DNA of 64,000 nt, taken from Clostridiales bacterium. GTDB lineage: Bacteria; Bacillota; Clostridia; Christensenellales; UBA1242. The notes below the pieces were generated by a model. That model was not told where the DNA came from and searched no databases. It saw only the letters and a list, made by a program, of their open reading frames with translations. The DNA lies in the NCBI GenBank assembly GCA_003522085.1, contig DPGI01000009.1, positions 151,396 to 215,395 on the forward strand, read 5' to 3'. Shown piece after piece: positions 58,652 through 64,000 of the stretch (positions are counted from its first letter, which is position 1; each line of letters opens with the position of its first letter). Both the position numbers and the translations under genes were made by a program.

Positions 58652-59464
58652 ATGAGAAAATTTTTTAAAGATTCTGATGACTTTTTTTATATCATCAATT
58701 CACAGGTCAAATCTGTTAAAAGCATCTCACAGATTTCCACCGGCTGGACTAACTTTGTTTTTAGGGTAAAAGCGAGAGACGGAACATATATCTTTCGATT
58801 TCCACGCAACAACTTTTTTTCTAAACAACTAGAAAAGGAGTGCGCTTTTTTGGCAAGTTTTGACCACACTTTGCTTTCTGTCAAAATTCCTAAAATGAAA
58901 CTTTGCTCCTTTATTGGACGGCCCTTTTCTGTGCATAAAGCTCTTAAAGGAAAGCCGCTTTCAAAGTGCAAACTTCATTTTTGGCAAAAACAAAAATTAG
59001 CGTGGAGCGCGGCGAAGTTTTTAATGGAGCTTAGCAGCATTCACACCAGCGTGCCTTTGCCTACAACTTCGGAATTTTTAAGGCAACTTTCGTTGGTCAG
59101 TGGCACAGGTTATGAGTTAAAAAAGCACACTCCGCTCCTTTTTGCCGAAAGGCGCGGACTTGTTTTGTCGCATGGGGATTTTAACCCCGGTAATATTTTG
59201 ATTCGTCATGGAAAAATGTGTGGGGTGTTGGATTTTGCATTTGTTTCATATTCTTCGCCGCTTGACGATATTGCAAGACTTGTCGGCAGAATGCCAACGC
59301 TGAAAGATTTTATGTTTTATCAGCTTGAAAAGATTGGCTTTGACGCAAGTGACAAAGCATTGGTTATGCAGATTTGCGGAGTTTGGGATTATGTCGAACA
59401 GCGATATATAGAATATATCAAACGAGAACATCCCGATATAATTCTGCCAGAAAAAGAATCTTAA
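58652..59464 (+). CDS. aminoglycoside/choline-kinase-like phosphotransferase (APH family)
   Basis: Brenner motif LSHGDFNPGNILI and the downstream GVLDFAF. Confidence 0.75.
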   Translation: MRKFFKDSDDFFYIINSQVKSVKSISQISTGWTNFVFRVKARDGTYIFRFPRNNFFSKQLEKECAFLASFDHTLLSVKIPKMKLCSFIGRPFSVHKALKGKPLSKCKLHFWQKQKLAWSAAKFLMELSSIHTSVPLPTTSEFLRQLSLVSGTGYELKKHTPLLFAERRGLVLSHGDFNPGNILIRHGKMCGVLDFAFVSYSSPLDDIARLVGRMPTLKDFMFYQLEKIGFDASDKALVMQICGVWDYVEQRYIEYIKREHPDIILPEKES

Positions 59465-60209
59465 ACTCAAGCATTTGTTGTTCGGAGTAAATCAGTGGCG
59501 AGATTTGTTTTTGCCTTTTTAAAAACACGCTATAACAGCCGTTTAGATTTCCACTGTAAATTGGTGATAAATCATATGGTGACCATAAAAAACATTGAAA
59601 ATTTGCATATTTTTTCAAATATTTCATGGATTTTGGCATAATTTTATAAAAATAATCGCTAGATTTTGATAAAGTTAGGCGTTTTGTGTTAGCTTTTCTT
59701 TTTAATATAAACGAGTCGGATAAAAGTTTGTTGACGCATAAAATGTGATAGCAAACTTTATAGTTCTGCTGTATTAAATTTTCTACTATAAATTTTTCAA
59801 AACGTTTGTCAAGCAGTGCAATTTCTAAGATGATATCACAGCCGTCGTGCATGGCTTTGTCAAGCACGCAAATCAAAACTTTTAGTGCAAAGCCGTTTGT
59901 CGCTTCGCGAAAGTTTGAAGAATTTTTAAGCTTTTCAAAATCGGGGTGAAAGCGCGCAAAATTTCTAACGGCGATGTGCATAGGTTTTATTCGTGATTTT
60001 TCAAAAATGGCGTTGTGGCTTGCAAACAATTGCGATGTTTTTCCGCTTCCGCTTTGCCCTGCCAGCCGAAAAAAATGCCTGCTTTTGGTGCAATTTTGTT
60101 GCAGGGACGAATATGCCTTTTTTGCTGCTGCAAAAATTTCACAATTGCTTGTTTTGTCCTTCCAAATGCTATGGGTTGCGTATGAAAAAGCCTGTAAAAA
60201 AAACTCCAT
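59418..60209 (-). CDS. zeta-toxin-like P-loop kinase family protein
   Basis: Walker A GQSGSGKTS in a ~260-aa protein of zeta/UNAG-kinase size; 3' end overlaps the APH gene by 47 nt. Confidence 0.55.
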   Translation of the reverse strand: MEFFLQAFSYATHSIWKDKTSNCEIFAAAKKAYSSLQQNCTKSRHFFRLAGQSGSGKTSQLFASHNAIFEKSRIKPMHIAVRNFARFHPDFEKLKNSSNFREATNGFALKVLICVLDKAMHDGCDIILEIALLDKRFEKFIVENLIQQNYKVCYHILCVNKLLSDSFILKRKANTKRLTLSKSSDYFYKIMPKSMKYLKKYANFQCFLWSPYDLSPIYSGNLNGCYSVFLKRQKQISPLIYSEQQMLEFKILFLAELYRDVLV

Positions 60210-60279
60210 CCTTTTTATCTATTCAGAATGAAGTTTTTTTGACATTTTATATTGAATTTTTTTGGTAAGATTGGTTTAA

Positions 60280-61074
60280 TTAAAGGCTTGCTTCAGTATA
60301 TCCATCAAGCTTAGGGAAGTTGATTTTGCCATCAAATTTTTCCATTGTGATGTCTGATGAGATTGATGCGTCGCCAAGTTGTTCGAAGCTACTCGTTTTA
60401 TAGTTGAAAGTAAGTTTTGCACCAGTGAGCATATTGTTGTCAAACACAAAGTAGCAGTTAAAGTTACTTCCAAGCACTTTTGTTGTAACGTCTAAAAGTA
60501 GTGAAAGATCGGCTTCGTCAGTTGAGAAATGATATTTTACATGATTTCCTTCAACAGAGCATTGAATGTCAAGTTTTCCCATCTTTTTAAGAGAATCCAT
60601 AATTTCTTGAACATCGCCAACGCCTGTTTGACCAAGGTCTTCTAAGAAATCTTTATCAACATCCATTTTTGTTTTTGTTTTAATTGTGTTTCCATAGGAT
60701 TCTGCTTCCATGTAAACATATCCGTCTTTAATATACATTGACATTTGAGTCTGGCTGCCTGCGGTAACTTTAAATGCGGCTTCAACTCCGCCGTTGGCAG
60801 TCTTTTTGATGATTCCGTTTGTGGTTGTTTCAACGCTTCCTTGCAAAGAAGATGATGCTGTTGTTTTCATTGTGAAACGATAGCCGTTTAATGAAACGTT
60901 TACGTCGTCTTTTGCCACATAAGTGTCAAATTGTTGTTGGCTTGCTGCTTGATAGTTTCCTGTTGTATTTACTTTTGCCTCAGTTGCAAGTTGGTCTTGT
61001 CCGCATCCTACGAAAAGGAAAGCGCATGGCACTAATGCGAGTGATGACAAAGCGATTTTTAATGATTTTTTCAT
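60280..61074 (-). CDS. lipoprotein
   Basis: MKKSLKIALSSLALVPCAFLFVGCGQD lipobox; AGGAGG SD. Confidence 0.75.
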   Translation of the reverse strand: MKKSLKIALSSLALVPCAFLFVGCGQDQLATEAKVNTTGNYQAASQQQFDTYVAKDDVNVSLNGYRFTMKTTASSSLQGSVETTTNGIIKKTANGGVEAAFKVTAGSQTQMSMYIKDGYVYMEAESYGNTIKTKTKMDVDKDFLEDLGQTGVGDVQEIMDSLKKMGKLDIQCSVEGNHVKYHFSTDEADLSLLLDVTTKVLGSNFNCYFVFDNNMLTGAKLTFNYKTSSFEQLGDASISSDITMEKFDGKINFPKLDGYTEASL

Positions 61075-61131
61075 AATTCCTCCTTTATGATATAATAATT
61101 TTAACTCATTTTTATTGACGTTGTCAAACGA

Positions 61132-63135
61132 TTAGTAGTTGCTGAATTGAGAATTATAGAGATTAAAGTAGAATCCTTTTTTTGCCATAAGCTCTTCGTG
61201 CGAGCCTTGTTCGATGATGTTGCCTTTGTTCATAACTAAAATCACATCAGAAGAGGTAATGGTTGAAAGTCGGTGTGCGACAACGAAACTTGTTTTACCT
61301 TTCATCATCTTGTTGAATGCGGCTTGAATTTCAAGTTCTGTGCGCGTGTCGATGTTGCTGGTTGCCTCGTCTAAGATTAGCATTGGTGGTCTTACAAGCA
61401 TTAAACGGGCGATGCAAAGCAGTTGTTTTTGCCCTTGAGACAAGTTGTCTCCGTTTTCATTTATGATTGTGTTGTAGCCGTCAGGCATGGTTTGAATAAA
61501 GAAGTCCGCGCCCGCCTTTTTAGCAGCATTTCGTATTTCTTTGTCGGTTGCATCAGGTTTTCCATACGCGATATTGTCGCGGATACTTGCGCGGAACAGC
61601 CAAGTTTCTTGAAGAACCATTCCAAAGTGGCTTCTTAGGCTTGCACGGGTAATTTGTCTAATGTCGTGACCGCTGATTTCAATTTTGCCTTTGTTGACGT
61701 CATAAAAACGCATTAGCAAATTGATAAGGGTTGATTTTCCGCAGCCGGTAGGGCCGACGATGGCAATTTTTTGCCCCTTGGTTACGGCAAGATTTAAATC
61801 TGTTATAAGTTTTTTATCAGGCAAGTATGAAAAGTCTACATGATCGAATTTGACTCTGCCCGTGCAATGTTTAATTTCAGGAAGAAAAGCATCACTTGAT
61901 TCATTTGGAATATCCAGAACGGAGAATACTCTCGCTGCCGAAGCATACGCGGCTTGCAAGTCTGCAAACACATCTGCGATGTCGTTGAAAGGGCGTGAAT
62001 ATTTGTTTGCATATGAAAGCAAAACTGAAATACTTCCGATTGAAAGTTGACCTTTTATTGCAAATAAACAGCCCATGATCGCTACGATAGCATACAAAAT
62101 ACCATTTACGAAACGTGAGACAGGCCCAGTTAGTGAAGAATAATAAGATGCTTTTTCGTTGCTGTTTCTAAGTTTTGAGTTGATTTTATCAAATTTTTCG
62201 ATAGAACGGTCTTCATACTCAAACGCCTTAACGATTTTTTGATTTCCGATCATTTCGACAAGCGTTCCAGAAAGTTCGCCCAGTTCTTTTGCCTGAATCT
62301 TAAATAAATCGTGTGTTTTTTTGATGATTATTGATGAAACGATAACTGATAATGGAGTCACGCATACAATCACTACAGATATTGGCACGTTAAGCTTGAA
62401 CATAAATGCCAGTGTAAATACAATTGATGAAATGCAGTCAAAGAAAGTTGTAAGCCCTTCGATAAATCCGTCTGTGATTGCGTCAACGTCGTTAATCATT
62501 CTGGATTGCAAGTCGCCATGGCTTGACGCATCGATGATTTTTAGTGGAACACGATTGAATTTGTTGAAGATGTCATTGTGCATCTGTTGCTCAATGCGAT
62601 AGGAAAGGTCGTTTGCCGTTTTTGTTGTCAGCCATTTCAAAACGACATAACCAATTATGCAGACTATCAAAGCGATAAGATGTTTACCAACCATAGCAAA
62701 ATCGACATTGCCTTGACCGACAATATGGTCGATTGCACTTCCAGTGATAAGAGGAATGCCGATTTCGAATACTGAGTTGGCAAGTCCGCAGAAAATAGAT
62801 ATTGCAAGCAGCCACCAATTTTTGCCAATGTATTTAAGAACGCGAGTGGTGATGTGTCGTTTCTTTTGAAGCTTAACATTTGCAACGCGTTCAATCTTTT
62901 TACCACCGCTGTCCAAGATGATTCCAGAATCAGTAGGTTTTGTGCGCATGTCTTCTGCAGAGGTGAGCTTGGTCGACTCTTGCATTAAAGAGCCAGGCAC
63001 AGCCGTTGGAACATTTACTTTTGGCTGCACTTTTTCAGGGTTGTTGAAAGCAGGCTTTGGAAGCGATGCTATCGCTTTTTTAAGCTTTCGATAATCCTTT
63101 TGCTCTTGAGTTTTGTTTTTGTTTTCTTCCGCCAT
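61132..63135 (-). CDS. ABC exporter, fused permease/ATPase, with a ~100-aa hydrophilic N-terminal extension
   Basis: 6-TM domain, Walker A GPTGCGKST, signature LSQGQKQ, Walker B LILDEATS. Confidence 0.92.
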   Translation of the reverse strand: MAEENKNKTQEQKDYRKLKKAIASLPKPAFNNPEKVQPKVNVPTAVPGSLMQESTKLTSAEDMRTKPTDSGIILDSGGKKIERVANVKLQKKRHITTRVLKYIGKNWWLLAISIFCGLANSVFEIGIPLITGSAIDHIVGQGNVDFAMVGKHLIALIVCIIGYVVLKWLTTKTANDLSYRIEQQMHNDIFNKFNRVPLKIIDASSHGDLQSRMINDVDAITDGFIEGLTTFFDCISSIVFTLAFMFKLNVPISVVIVCVTPLSVIVSSIIIKKTHDLFKIQAKELGELSGTLVEMIGNQKIVKAFEYEDRSIEKFDKINSKLRNSNEKASYYSSLTGPVSRFVNGILYAIVAIMGCLFAIKGQLSIGSISVLLSYANKYSRPFNDIADVFADLQAAYASAARVFSVLDIPNESSDAFLPEIKHCTGRVKFDHVDFSYLPDKKLITDLNLAVTKGQKIAIVGPTGCGKSTLINLLMRFYDVNKGKIEISGHDIRQITRASLRSHFGMVLQETWLFRASIRDNIAYGKPDATDKEIRNAAKKAGADFFIQTMPDGYNTIINENGDNLSQGQKQLLCIARLMLVRPPMLILDEATSNIDTRTELEIQAAFNKMMKGKTSFVVAHRLSTITSSDVILVMNKGNIIEQGSHEELMAKKGFYFNLYNSQFSNY

Positions 63136-63143
63136 TTTTCCTC

Positions 63144-64000
63144 TTATTTGGTTTGAGAATCGTAAATTTCTTTATAAACAGGGCAAGAGTCTATTAATTC
63201 TTTGTGTTTGCCAATGCCCACGATGTTGCCGTTTTCAAGCACGACAATTTGGTCGGCATTTTTAACGGTGTTTGCCCTTTGTGAAACTAAAAACACAGTT
63301 GAGTCGATATCGTTTTTAATTGCTTTGCGCAAACTTGCATCTGTCGCAAAATCTAGAGCGCTTGCGCTGTCGTCTAAAATCAGAATTTCAGGGTCACCTA
63401 CCAATGCTCTTGCTATGGTTAGACGTTGTCTCTGTCCGCCAGAAAGATTTTTTCCACCGGCTTGGATTCTGTAATCATATTTGCCACTGAGTTCGTTTAC
63501 AAACTCATCGCTTTGTGAAATTTTTATCGCTTTCGTTATTTCTTCGGCGGTTGCGTCTCTCTTGCGCCATTTCAAGTTTTCTCTAAGGCTGCCTTTAAAC
63601 AAAACTGCCTTTTGTGGGACAATCCCCATTTTAGAACGCAATTCGTGAAAGGAATAATTCTTTACATCAACTCCGTCAATATAAACACTGCCTTCGGTAG
63701 CGTCATAAAAGCGGGGGATGAGATTGACTATGCTGCTTTTTCCGCTGCCTGTCCCGCCGATGATTCCGATTGTTTGCCCTGGCATAACAACTAAATTGAG
63801 ATTGTTTACTGCATTTTTTGCTGCTCCTGAATAGGCAAACGAAACATTTCTAAATTCAACCTTAGGAACTTTTTTGTCTTGAATTATGTTTAACGGATCG
63901 TGATTTGTTTCGGGTACACTAGGGTGTGTGTCAAAAACTTCATTTATACGCTTTGCGCAGTTTGAAGCCTTGATGAAAGCGACGGTATAATTTGCGATTG
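63144..64000 (-). CDS. ABC exporter, fused permease/ATPase (5' part lies beyond the window)
   Basis: the frame stays open to the window edge; Walker A GGTGSGKSS, signature LSGGQRQ, Walker B LILDDSAS. Confidence 0.9.
   Translation of the reverse strand, partial: IANYTVAFIKASNCAKRINEVFDTHPSVPETNHDPLNIIQDKKVPKVEFRNVSFAYSGAAKNAVNNLNLVVMPGQTIGIIGGTGSGKSSIVNLIPRFYDATEGSVYIDGVDVKNYSFHELRSKMGIVPQKAVLFKGSLRENLKWRKRDATAEEITKAIKISQSDEFVNELSGKYDYRIQAGGKNLSGGQRQRLTIARALVGDPEILILDDSASALDFATDASLRKAIKNDIDSTVFLVSQRANTVKNADQIVVLENGNIVGIGKHKELIDSCPVYKEIYDSQTK

Overview
Low-GC chromosomal window from an anaerobic Gram-positive-type (Bacillota-like) bacterium. It uses the standard code: TAA, TAG and TGA all terminate conserved genes. 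Most of it is housekeeping. Left to right: secA; rpsF-ssb-rpsR-rpmE; a DUF1385-PrmC fusion with prfA; rplI; a MurJ/SpoVB-type flippase; dus; pgk-tpiA; dnaX-ybaB-recR-argS; rpmG-secE-nusG-rplK-rplA; an [FeFe] hydrogenase; rubrerythrin; queH; lepB; hup; mscL; engB; glmS; and a pair of ABC exporters. Four accessory regions stand out. (1) A roughly 5.8-kb, visibly AT-richer island (39.9-45.9 kb) sits at a tRNA-Ser(CGA) gene and is bounded by a direct repeat of the tRNA 3' end. It carries IS200 tnpA, a recombinase remnant, an overlapping two-gene module (small TM peptide plus a 366-aa unknown), and a 991-aa ORF. That ORF fuses an intact metallophosphoesterase to a NACHT/STAND-like P-loop NTPase and a long helical tail, and it is my best candidate for an undescribed one-gene conflict or anti-phage system. 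(2) A 2,898-aa membrane-anchored surface protein and an extended sigma-70-family factor lie where rplJL-rpoBC would normally follow rplKA. (3) Two small membrane-protein paralogs lie convergently, each preceded by a perfect 83-nt inverted-repeat leader, next to 52-nt tandem repeats. This could be an inversion or gene-conversion cassette. (4) Smaller oddities: an A9 run at the end of dnaX whose -1 frame encodes the missing tau C-terminus; about nine genes whose consensus -10 box sits exactly 6 nt before the ATG (leaderless mRNAs); a peptide-deformylase homolog with all catalytic residues replaced; a receiver-less Spo0A_C protein; GC-rich nested palindromic elements; and several unannotated small ORFs. 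No rRNA genes or CRISPR arrays were seen.
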